A stretch of DNA of 64,000 bases, taken from NCBI GenBank assembly GCA_036501205.1, contig DASYAT010000066.1, forward strand, positions 42,745-106,744. Reading direction: 5' to 3'. Of this stretch, positions 51,384 through 60,784 are shown piece by piece. Origin of the DNA: Streptosporangiaceae bacterium. GTDB taxonomy: Bacteria > Actinomycetota > Actinomycetes > Streptosporangiales > Streptosporangiaceae. The notes beneath the pieces are model-generated. The model was not told where the DNA came from. It was given only the letters and a program-made list of their open reading frames with translations, and did not search any database. Made by a program: the position numbers and the translations under genes. The stretch's first letter is position 1, and the number at the start of each line of letters is the position of its first letter.

Positions 51384-51387
<4 letters not shown>
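50050..51387 (-). CDS. pyrC: dihydroorotase
   Basis: ..[10 protein letters not shown].. metal-binding motif and ..CVATDHAPH... Confidence 0.93.
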
Positions 51388-52965
<1,578 letters not shown>

Positions 52966-53220
52966 GACGTCGAACGCGGCTAACTTACCAGCAGGACCGA
53001 CCGGACGGCAGGACCGAACCGGGCGTGGCGGACGGTGTGATGTTAGTTACACGAATCCGGCTAAATCTGGCCGACGGCCGTGGAGTTCGGGACGGCGGGT
53101 TCGTGATCTGACCAAGCCGGCGTGGACACGCCTGGATTCGCTGCGTTCTGTGATCTAGTAGGTAGGCTGTCTCCGAGTTGCGATAGCACGCGTAAGTTGA
53201 ACCAGTTTTTGCCGTTCGGC

Positions 53221-53261
53221 TTGACCTTGTCGTGCTCTCGGCCTACCGTCACTGTCCGTAA
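53221..53261 (+). promoter_or_regulatory. putative bldD promoter (-35 TTGACC, -10 TACCGT) with overlapping BldD box
   Basis: TTGACC at 53221-53226 is separated by 17 nt from TACCGT at 53244-53249. TCACTGTCCGTAA at 53249-53261 fits the BldD-box palindrome core TNAC-N5-GTNA. Confidence 0.4.
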
Positions 53262-53302
53262 CCATCTCTCCCCCCCACTGTGTAAGGCCAGGAACCGGAC
53301 CA

Positions 53303-53797
53303 ATGCCATCTGATTACGCGAAGACTCTGGGCGCCCGGCTGCGCGCCATTCGCACCCAGCAAGGCTTGTCCTTGCACGGCGTGGAAGAGAAGTCACGGGG
53401 CCGCTGGAAGGCGGTAGTGGTTGGGTCCTACGAGCGGGGCGACCGCTCAGTCACGGTTCAGAAGCTTGCCGAACTAGCCGAGTTCTATGGAGTGCCTGTC
53501 TCGGAATTGCTTCCCGGCGACGCCTCGCCCGGACTGATTGCACCCACCCCCAAGCTCGTCATCGACCTCGAACGCATGGCCCAGCTGCCCAGAGAGCAGG
53601 CTGGCCCGCTTGCACGCTACGTCGCGACCATCCAGAGCCAGCGCGGCGACTACAACGGCCGGGTCCTGTCGATCCGCCAGGAGGACCTGCGCTCGCTCGC
53701 GGTGATCTACGACAAGTCACCAACCGACCTGACCGAGGAACTCATCAGCTGGGGCATCCTCGATTCCGCCGCCCGCGGGGCCATCGACCAGACTTGA
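53303..53797 (+). CDS. bldD: developmental transcriptional regulator BldD (c-di-GMP responsive)
   Basis: MPSDYAKTLGARLRAIRTQQGLSLHGVEEKSRGRWKAVVVGSYERGDRSVTVQKLAELAEFYGVPVSELLPG is nearly identical to the Streptomyces BldD N-terminal domain as I remember it. The C-terminal domain carries RGD-X8-RQED, the RXD-X8-RXXD c-di-GMP signature. Confidence 0.93.
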   Translation: MPSDYAKTLGARLRAIRTQQGLSLHGVEEKSRGRWKAVVVGSYERGDRSVTVQKLAELAEFYGVPVSELLPGDASPGLIAPTPKLVIDLERMAQLPREQAGPLARYVATIQSQRGDYNGRVLSIRQEDLRSLAVIYDKSPTDLTEELISWGILDSAARGAIDQT

Positions 53798-53860
53798 AGA
53801 GCGGAGCCGGCTGCGACGTGGCCGGGTACTCCGGCAGTCCCTGCCGCCGCTGCGCGCTGG

Positions 53861-54322
53861 TTACATCGCGACGGGCAGCGGAAGCAGGGACTGCGCGGGT
53901 ACGCCGAGCGCGCTCTCGGCCAGCGACACGAAGGTAGCCGCATCGCGCAGCAACTCATCGGCCTCCCGCGCCGTCACGGCTCGCGGCAGGCCGGCCTCGG
54001 CTGCGGCACGCTTGCCAGCGCCAGCGGCAAAGAACGCGGCCCACTCGCTGAGCGTCGGCTCGACTCGCGGCAGCAGTTCCCAGACGCTCTGCGGACGCTT
54101 CTTCCGCGGCGACGTCGGCTCAGCCCTGGCGGCGACGATCGCCGCCGCCGCGCGCAGCGCGGCTAGGTGCGCTCCGACGTACCGGCCGCCCGCGGATGGG
54201 TCGCACTCAGCAGCGGCAAGCCCCTGGCGCGCCGATTCAAGCAGCGCGAGCGCCGACGGGGCCACCCTGCACCGCAACCGATCCGGCCGGATCGGTGTGC
54301 TCGTGCCCGGACTCGTGCTCAT
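53861..54322 (-). CDS. HEPN-like domain protein (resembles the SAV_6107 family)
   Basis: ..LLESARQGLAAAE..RYVGAHLAALRAAAAIVAARA..RPQSVWELLPRVEPTLSEWAAFFAAGAGKRAAAEAG.. The start is set at ATG 54322, 6 nt after GGAGGA; the track start is 54523. The family assignment is from memory. Confidence 0.55.
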   Translation of the reverse strand: MSTSPGTSTPIRPDRLRCRVAPSALALLESARQGLAAAECDPSAGGRYVGAHLAALRAAAAIVAARAEPTSPRKKRPQSVWELLPRVEPTLSEWAAFFAAGAGKRAAAEAGLPRAVTAREADELLRDAATFVSLAESALGVPAQSLLPLPVAM

Positions 54323-54451
54323 GTCAGTTCCTCCAATTCGCTGCGGGGCCGGCCAGGCGGGGCGCTTCCCCACGCCGCACCTGGCCGAAGCCTGGTAGCC
54401 CGAGGGGGTTGGGCTACCCGGCTGTCCCACATCAGTATTCGAACATAGATT

Positions 54452-54515
54452 CGGTTCACTGTCCATTCGTTTGCTGCTGTGTTCGAAGGTATCGAATGGG
54501 TCTGACAGTGAACCG
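54452..54515. repeat. long inverted repeat in the divergent intergenic region
   Basis: CGGTTCACTGTCCATTCG at 54452-54469 pairs with CGAATGG(GTCT)GACAGTGAACCG at 54493-54515. The arms are 18 bp with a 4-nt bulge and a ~23-nt spacer. Confidence 0.7.
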
Positions 54516-54608
54516 ACAGACAAGCCTGACCAGCCTTTCCTTGCCGTTACCGGCCCCTACCGGGCGGCCAGCCGCGAGAACTTCGTGCCGGTCGCGTACG
54601 CTCGATAG

Positions 54609-55400
54609 ATGGCGACCGGCCCGACCCTGAGCGAGCTCACCGCCAGGCAGTTCCTCGGTCAGCTCGAGACCTCGCTCGCGATCTACGCTGATGCGATGGA
54701 TGCCGAGCCGCTGACGCTGCCCGGTCGGCGCGAGCTCATGCGCAGGCACGCGGGCTACCCCGCTTTCCGTGCGTTTCAGGCGCGGAACCTTTCCGACGGC
54801 CGCTCAGCTGGCCGCCCAGCTAGCCGCCCAGCCGATCAGCTCCCAGACCGGCCCGCGGACCAGCCAGACCAGCCACACCAGCCGCCAGCCCAGGCCAGAA
54901 CCGGTTTCAGGGACCTGGTGCGCCCCAAGAGCGGCAAGAACGTCTCAGTGCCCGCCCCGGCCCTTGCCCCGGCCACTGACAGCCAGGTCGTCGGCTTCGC
55001 CTACGGCTTCCACGGCCAGGCGGGCCAGTGGTGGTACGACGCCGTCTGGCATGCGACCTCAAGGTCCCTGGGCGCGGGCCGGGCCGCCGTCTGGCTGGCC
55101 GACTCATTCGAAATCGCCGAGGTGCACGTCCGCAAGGAGTTTCAGCGCGGCGGTATCGGCACCGCGATGCTGCTGAGCCTGACCGCCGACCGCCCGGAGC
55201 GCACGGCGGTGCTCTCCACCCCGGACCGGGACAGCACCGCCCGCCGCCTGTACCGCAGGCTCGGCTTCACCGAGCTGCTCACCGGCTACAGCTTCCCCGG
55301 CGGCAGCCCGCCCTACATCGTGATGGGCGCCGAGCTTCCGCTCCGAACCGAGGCCGGCGAGCTGACCCGCTCACCTGAGGCGAGCCCGAGCATCTCGTAG
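54609..55400 (+). CDS. GNAT family N-acetyltransferase
   Basis: ..IAEVHVRKEFQRGGIGTAMLLSL..ARRLYRRLGF.. is the acetyl-CoA-binding motif A. A Pro/Gln-rich internal insertion is present. The position next to metF matches Mtb Rv2170. Confidence 0.8.
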   Translation: MATGPTLSELTARQFLGQLETSLAIYADAMDAEPLTLPGRRELMRRHAGYPAFRAFQARNLSDGRSAGRPASRPADQLPDRPADQPDQPHQPPAQARTGFRDLVRPKSGKNVSVPAPALAPATDSQVVGFAYGFHGQAGQWWYDAVWHATSRSLGAGRAAVWLADSFEIAEVHVRKEFQRGGIGTAMLLSLTADRPERTAVLSTPDRDSTARRLYRRLGFTELLTGYSFPGGSPPYIVMGAELPLRTEAGELTRSPEASPSIS

Positions 55401-56287
55401 ATCTCGATGCTCGCCTTCGACCAGTTCAGCGTATAGAAGTGCAGCCCGGGGACGCCTTCATCGAGCAGCCGCTGGCACATCCCGGCCGCGTACTCCACGC
55501 CGATCTTGCGCACCGCCGCCCGGTCGTCGGCATGCTCCCGCAGCCGCGCCGCCAAATCGGCAGGGAACTTGCATCCGGAAAGCATCACGGCCCGCTCGAT
55601 CATCGACACGCTGATGATCGGCATGATCCCGGCGATCACCGGTACCCTGCAGCCCCGCCGGGCGACCGCGTCAGCGAACCGCAGGTAGTCCTCGACGTCA
55701 AAGAACATGTTGGTCACCGCGAAGTCCGCGCCGCCCGCGCACTTCTCGACGAAGAAGTCCAAGTCGGCTTCGAGGCTCTCGGCCTGGGGATGCCCTTCCG
55801 GAGCCGCCGCCACCCCGACGCAGAACGCCCCCGACTCCCTGACCAGCCGAACCAGCTCAACCGCGTGCCGCAGTCCATCAGGATGCTGCCGCCACTCGCC
55901 GTTCGGATCGCCCGGCGGGTCACCACGCAGCGCGAGTACGTTCTGCACCCCCACGCCCGCATAGGAGCCGATCACGTGCCGCAACTCGGTCACCGAGTGG
56001 TTAACCGCGGTCAGGTGGCCGACCGGCGTCAGCGTGGTCTCCTCAGCGATCCGGCCGGTCACCCGCACAGTCCTGTCCCTGGTGCTTCCGCCGGCCCCAT
56101 AGGTAACGGAGACGAACGTCGGCTTCAACGGCTCCAGCCGCCTGATCGCCAGCCAGAGCTGGGCTTCGTCGGCGTCGGTCTTGGGCGCCATGAACTCGAA
56201 CGAGATCGATCTGGCGCCGGAGGAGAGCAGGTCCCTGATCAGTGCCGGCCGGCTCTGAGACGCGCGGCCAGGCTGGGGTACGACCAT
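55313..56287 (-). CDS. metF: methylenetetrahydrofolate reductase
   Basis: ..SFEFMAPKTDADE..FVSVTYGAGGSTRDRT.. is canonical. Its 3' end overlaps the convergent GNAT gene by 88 nt. Confidence 0.9.
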   Translation of the reverse strand: MVVPQPGRASQSRPALIRDLLSSGARSISFEFMAPKTDADEAQLWLAIRRLEPLKPTFVSVTYGAGGSTRDRTVRVTGRIAEETTLTPVGHLTAVNHSVTELRHVIGSYAGVGVQNVLALRGDPPGDPNGEWRQHPDGLRHAVELVRLVRESGAFCVGVAAAPEGHPQAESLEADLDFFVEKCAGGADFAVTNMFFDVEDYLRFADAVARRGCRVPVIAGIMPIISVSMIERAVMLSGCKFPADLAARLREHADDRAAVRKIGVEYAAGMCQRLLDEGVPGLHFYTLNWSKASIEIYEMLGLASGERVSSPASVRSGSSAPITM

Positions 56288-56311
56288 CCGCCTAGGTTAT
56301 CGTCTAGGGCC

Positions 56312-57433
56312 ATGCCAACTAGCCCAGGTGACCTGATCAGGATCCGATCCGAGATCAGCCGCGCGCTCGATGACTTCATCGCGCGCCAGCGGGCGGTCCT
56401 GGCCGACATCAGCGACGACCTGACCCCGTGCGCGGACGCCATCGCCGACCTGCTGGCCGGCGGCAAGCGGCTCAGGGCGGCGTTCTGCTACTGGGGCTGG
56501 CGGGCCTGCGGCGGGCCGGACGGGCCGCCGATCATGACCGCGGCCGCCGCCCTGGAGCTGCTCCACGCGAGCGCCCTGGTGCATGACGACGTGATGGACG
56601 ACAGCGACACCAGGCGCGGCCAGCCGTCGGTGCACAAGCGGTTCGAAGCCAGGCACGCGGCCGGCCAGTGGCTCGGCCAGCCGGCCAGATTCGGCGCCGG
56701 CGCCGCGATCCTGATCGGCGACCTGCTGCTCGCCTGGACCGATGAGATGCTGCGCACCAGCGGCCTGCCCGCCGACTCGGTCTGGCAGGGCCTGTCGGTA
56801 CTGGACTCGATGCGCACCGAGGTGCTGGCGGGCCAGTTCCTCGACCTGGCGGCGCAATGTGGCCCCGGGGGACGACCCGCAGGAACCCCCCGCGAGGCCT
56901 CCGGCAGCTCGGAGCTCAGCATCGCGCTGCGCGTGGTCACCTATAAGTCAGCCAAATACACGGTCGAACGCCCGCTCCAGCTTGGCGCTGCCCTGCACTC
57001 CGGTCAGCCCGCCGACCTCAACCAGGCCGTTCGGGAGGCCTTCACCAGCTACGGCATCCCGCTTGGCATCGCGTTCCAGCTCCGCGACGACGTACTCGGC
57101 GTGTTCGGCGACCCCGAGCAGACCGGCAAGCCGGTCATCGACGATCTGCGAGAAGGCAAGCGGACCGTGCTGCTGGCCCTGGCCAGGGAGCGGTCTGACG
57201 CGGAGCAGGCCGCCGTGCTTGACCGCTGCGTCGGCGACCCCGCCCTCACCGAACAGGCCGCGGGTCAGGTCAGGGAGGTCATCACGGACACCGGGGCGCT
57301 GGCCGAATGCGAGCAGATGATCAGCGTGAACCTCAAGGAGGCGCTGTCAGCCCTGGACGGCGCGCCGATCACCTCGGAAGCGAAATCCGCGCTCGCCGAC
57401 CTCGCCGTCGCCGCCACCGCCCGCGCAGGCTGA
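56312..57433 (+). CDS. polyprenyl (geranylgeranyl) diphosphate synthase
   Basis: First DDxxD motif LVHDDVMDDSDTRRG and second motif FQLRDDVLG. The start is ATG 56312; the upstream part of track ORF 55439..57433 is antisense to metF. Position-equivalent to Mtb idsA2. Confidence 0.9.
   Translation: MPTSPGDLIRIRSEISRALDDFIARQRAVLADISDDLTPCADAIADLLAGGKRLRAAFCYWGWRACGGPDGPPIMTAAAALELLHASALVHDDVMDDSDTRRGQPSVHKRFEARHAAGQWLGQPARFGAGAAILIGDLLLAWTDEMLRTSGLPADSVWQGLSVLDSMRTEVLAGQFLDLAAQCGPGGRPAGTPREASGSSELSIALRVVTYKSAKYTVERPLQLGAALHSGQPADLNQAVREAFTSYGIPLGIAFQLRDDVLGVFGDPEQTGKPVIDDLREGKRTVLLALARERSDAEQAAVLDRCVGDPALTEQAAGQVREVITDTGALAECEQMISVNLKEALSALDGAPITSEAKSALADLAVAATARAG
56861..56894 (+). repeat. 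G/C hairpin element copy (reverse orientation, degenerate) inside the polyprenyl synthase gene
   Basis: ggccccgggggacgacccgcaggaaccccccgcg. It encodes GPGGRPAGTPRE. Confidence 0.55.
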
Positions 57434-57489
57434 GCTGGAAAGCACCGGCCGGCCGCTAAAGATTTCAACCCGGTGGGAGAAAGCATTGC

Positions 57490-58149
57490 TCAGCGCTTCG
57501 CCGCCAGCCGCGAGGCCAGCCTGGCGGCCGCCGCTCCGGGATTACCGGCTTCCGTGATCGCCCGGACGACGACGACCCGGCGCGCCCCGGCCTCCAGCAC
57601 GTCGTCGAGCCTGCCCTCATCGATCCCGCCGATCGCGAACCACGGCCTCGTCGCGGCCAGTCCGGCGACATAGCTCACCAAGTGCAGGCCCGTCGAGGGC
57701 CGTCCCGGCTTGGTCGGCGTGGTCCAGACCGGCCCGGCGCAGAAGTAGTCGACCTCGGTGTCCGCGACCGCTGCGTCGGCCTGGTCCCGCGAGTGCGTGG
57801 ACAGGCCGATGACCGGCTCTGGCCCGACCAGGTGCCTGGCGACGGCGACCGGCAGATCGTCCTGCCCGAGGTGCAGCACGTCGGCGCCGGCCGCGTAGGC
57901 GACGTCGGCCCGGTCGTTGACCGCGAGCAGGGCGCCGTGCTTGTCGCACGCCCGCCGGAAGACCTCGAGCAGCGCGAGCTCGTCGCCCGCCTCAAGGCCC
58001 TTCTCCCGCAACTGCACGATGTCCACGCCGGACCCGAGCACCTGGTCAAGAAACCCGGCCAGGTCACCCTGGCGCTGCCGGGCGTCAGTGCACAGGTAGA
58101 GCCGAGCGGCCGCGACCCGGCCGGCCTGAGTGTTCTGCACGCAGGCCAT
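57490..58149 (-). CDS. thiE: thiamine-phosphate synthase
   Basis: ..[41 protein letters not shown].. Confidence 0.92.
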   Translation of the reverse strand: MACVQNTQAGRVAAARLYLCTDARQRQGDLAGFLDQVLGSGVDIVQLREKGLEAGDELALLEVFRRACDKHGALLAVNDRADVAYAAGADVLHLGQDDLPVAVARHLVGPEPVIGLSTHSRDQADAAVADTEVDYFCAGPVWTTPTKPGRPSTGLHLVSYVAGLAATRPWFAIGGIDEGRLDDVLEAGARRVVVVRAITEAGNPGAAAARLASRLAAKR

Positions 58150-58267
58150 CTAACCATCCGGCGCCGGGCCGCTGACGCGGTAGCACCGACTGGGGAGTCG
58201 GCTCACGAACACTCTGGGCGAACTGAGCGCTGGGTTCGGTTGTGTGCTGGCTAGAGATCGACGTTGA

Positions 58268-58636
58268 TCAGTAGGCCAGTGCCTGGGCGCGCCGGTTGAC
58301 CTCGCTGCACCGGTGAGCGGCGATCGCCTCAATCGGACTGCCGGGCAGCGAGTCGTCCGAGGTGAACAGCCAGCGCATCGCTTCGACGTCGGTGAAGCCG
58401 CAGTCGAGCAGCAGGGTCAGGGTGCCGTGCAGGCCCCGGACGACTTGGTCGCCGACCAGGAACGCGGCCGGGACGCCGAAAGAGCCGTCCGGCCGCTGCA
58501 CCCCGAGCAGTTTTCGGTCGCGCAGCAGCTGCTTAACCCGGTTCACGGGCAGGTCAAGCCGCTGAGCGACATCCGGCAGGGTAAGCCATTGGCCGACGGT
58601 GGCGTCGGCCTGGGGGTCAATCTGAGCCACGTCCAA
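58268..58636 (-). CDS. Rv2175c-family DNA-binding protein
   Basis: ..WLTLPDVAQRLDLPVNRVKQLLRDRKLLGV..VPAAFL..LLDCGFTDVEAMRWLFTSDDSLPGSPIEAI.. matches the Rv2175c family as I remember it. The TTG start at 58636 follows AGGGGA; the track start is 58735. Confidence 0.75.
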   Translation of the reverse strand: MDVAQIDPQADATVGQWLTLPDVAQRLDLPVNRVKQLLRDRKLLGVQRPDGSFGVPAAFLVGDQVVRGLHGTLTLLLDCGFTDVEAMRWLFTSDDSLPGSPIEAIAAHRCSEVNRRAQALAY

Positions 58637-59007
58637 ATCTTTTCCCCTGTACCGCCGTTTGCCAAACCAGGGAAAATTCCTGTTCGCCAACGGGTGTCCG
58701 GATAGTTGCGCCGGCCGGTCAGCGACAGCAACCAACTCGCCCCCGGCTAGTCGAGGAGCCGCTCAGCCAACTGGTTCCTGGCTCGGGTTATGCCGCCCGG
58801 CCGGCGGAGCGTGAAGCTGCAGCGCTGCGCGTCAGCGTTGTTGTGGCTGGCCCGAGGGGAAAGCGGCGCCGGCCCGCCGGCGTTGCTCCGGAGCTGTGCT
58901 GTCGCGGGACATGTGTCGCCGGTTTGTCACTGGTGGAATGTCGCGGTCGGATGGTTAGCGTGCGGTGGTCCTAGTGGCGCGGCTGGCGCGAGGCCAGGTA
59001 CCCGGGC

Positions 59008-59245
59008 ACTTGTCATCGGTTGGACGCGACTTCCCATCGGTTGGACGGGACTTCCCATCGGTTGGACGGGACTTCTCATCGGTTGCGGCGTCTTCTCACT
59101 GGTTAGACTGAATTTTTATCCGGTATGCGGTATTTGTGACCGGGGTAATCATGGAGAAGTCGCCGCAACCAGCGAGAAGTCACGTCCAACCGATGAGAAG
59201 TGGGCTAACGGAACCGCCGCAAACCCGGCGAAACGCCCATCGACT
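59008..59245. repeat. iteron/inverted-repeat element, copy B
   Basis: Five direct 21-nt units start at 59008, 59029, 59050, 59071 and 59092. Inverted units CAACC(A/G)..GAGAAGT are at 59166 and 59187, plus a degenerate one at ~59146. The core ttatccggtatgcggtatttgtgaccggggtaatcat and the right flank gggct..accgccgcaaacccggcgaaac.cccatcg are shared with copy A. Confidence 0.8.
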
Positions 59246-59381
59246 AACCCGGCGCCGTGTCTGGCCCGCCTGGTCGTCTGTCTGGCCCGCCTGGCCGGCC
59301 CCAGCTGCTGCGCCCAGGCGCCCCGGCGCGAAGCGCATTCCGGCAACCGGATTCGGGTCCAGGAAGCCGCATTCTCCTGAG

Positions 59382-60554
59382 TCACAGGGCGGCGGAGCGC
59401 AGCGGCACCGCCGGGTCCGCGACCTTCCCGGCATCGACCAGGGCGCCTGCCTCGATCAGCCGGCGTCCCTGCATGAGGTCTTTCGGCAGGTCAACGGTGA
59501 GCACCGCCAGTAGTCGCTGCCCAGCCAGCCAGCAGACCGCCCACTTGTCCTGCTCGGGCTCGCCGCGCCAGATCAGCCGATCGGCCCCAGCGTGATGCCC
59601 AACGTACTGCAGCATCCGGCCGAACTGCTCAGACCAGAAGTACGGCACCGGGTCGTACCGCTCGCTGCCGCCGGCCAGGTTCACCGCCAGCGTCGAGGGC
59701 GCCCGCAACGCGCCGTCCCAGTGCTCGGTGCGCAGCCGCCGGCCGAACCGGGCCGACCAGAAAGCCGCGCAGTCTCCCACCGCGTACACCCCGGGCATCG
59801 AGGACCGCAGGTGCTCATCCACCGCGACGCCGTTGTCGAGCGCGACCCCTGAGGACTCGAGCCAGCCCACCTCGGGCCTGACCCCGACCGCGGTCACGAT
59901 CGCATCGGCTGCCAGCCAGCCGCCGCCGGCCAGGCTGAGCCCGTCGTCCTGAACCGACTCGACGCGCTGGTCCGTCAAAAGCTCGACGCCGGCCGCCGCG
60001 TACCAGCCGCCCGTTCTGCCGCCGACCTCAGCGCCGATCGCCACCGCGAGCGGCGCGGGCCCGGCCTCGACGACGTGCACGGAACAGCCCTTGGCGGCCG
60101 CGGCGGTGGCGAGCTCGGCTCCGATCCAGCCGGCTCCGATGATCGCCAGCCGAAGTCCGGGCTTCAACCGCTCGCGGAGCTCGAGCGCGTCCTCGATCGA
60201 CCGCAGGAACCGCTGCCGGCCCGGCCCTGGCAGCGCGATCGGCCGCGCTCCGGTCGCGATCGCCAGCCGGTCGAACCGGTACTCACCCTGGTCAGTGCGT
60301 ACGAACCCGGCCGAAAGCTGCTCGGCTCGCTCCCCCAGCCTGACCTGGGCACCGAGTGAGTCGAGCTCGGCCCGCAGCGAGGTGTCATCGACCCTGCCGG
60401 CCATCAGCTGCTTGGACAGCGGCGGGCGATCGTACGGCGGCCTGCTCTCGGCGCCGATCATCGTGATCTGCCCGGTGAACCCGCCCGACCGCAACTCCTC
60501 GACAGTGCGCAACCCGGCCAAGCCTGCGCCGACTACGACGATCTGATCTGGCAC
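59382..60554 (-). CDS. NAD(P)/FAD-dependent oxidoreductase (ferredoxin-reductase-like)
   Basis: Two dinucleotide-binding motifs, VVVGAGLAG and AIIGAGWIGAE, plus ..YAVGDCA... The GTG start at 60554 follows GAGAGGG; the track start is 60584. Confidence 0.85.
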   Translation of the reverse strand: MPDQIVVVGAGLAGLRTVEELRSGGFTGQITMIGAESRPPYDRPPLSKQLMAGRVDDTSLRAELDSLGAQVRLGERAEQLSAGFVRTDQGEYRFDRLAIATGARPIALPGPGRQRFLRSIEDALELRERLKPGLRLAIIGAGWIGAELATAAAAKGCSVHVVEAGPAPLAVAIGAEVGGRTGGWYAAAGVELLTDQRVESVQDDGLSLAGGGWLAADAIVTAVGVRPEVGWLESSGVALDNGVAVDEHLRSSMPGVYAVGDCAAFWSARFGRRLRTEHWDGALRAPSTLAVNLAGGSERYDPVPYFWSEQFGRMLQYVGHHAGADRLIWRGEPEQDKWAVCWLAGQRLLAVLTVDLPKDLMQGRRLIEAGALVDAGKVADPAVPLRSAAL

Positions 60555-60679
60555 TCCGCACCCTCTCGCTGCGTACCTAACCACATCTTGACCACGAACA
60601 TTAACGCCAAGTCACTCGCGGCCGACCAGGCAGCAAACGCGCAATCGAGAACCGGGCGCGATCAGGCTAAACTAGGAGT

Positions 60680-60780
60680 CAGACGCGCGGGAGTCCGGTG
60701 CCGACCGGGCTGAGAGGGCGACTTAGGAGCCGCCGACCGCAGAACCTGATCCGGGTCATGCCGGCGAAGGGAGCGCACGG
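60680..60780 (+). promoter_or_regulatory. TPP (THI-box) riboswitch
   Basis: ..GGGAGUCCGGUGCCGACCGGGCUGAGAGGG....GAACCUGAUCCGGGUCAUGCCGGCGAAGGGAGC.. contains the conserved CUGAGA and ACCUGAUCCGG..AUGCCGGCG.AGGGA segments. It lies directly upstream of thiO. Confidence 0.9.
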
Positions 60781-60784
60781 GTTC

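Noticed and set aside
55439-56311. Upstream 290 codons of the 664-aa track ORF 55439..57433.
   Set aside because: This part is antisense to metF and has shadow-ORF composition. The prenyl synthase homology begins at ATG 56312.
58150-58267. Second TPP riboswitch expected upstream of thiE.
   Set aside because: Neither strand contains the CUGAGA / ACCUGAUC..GGAUAAUGCC..AGGGA core. Only the thiO leader has it.
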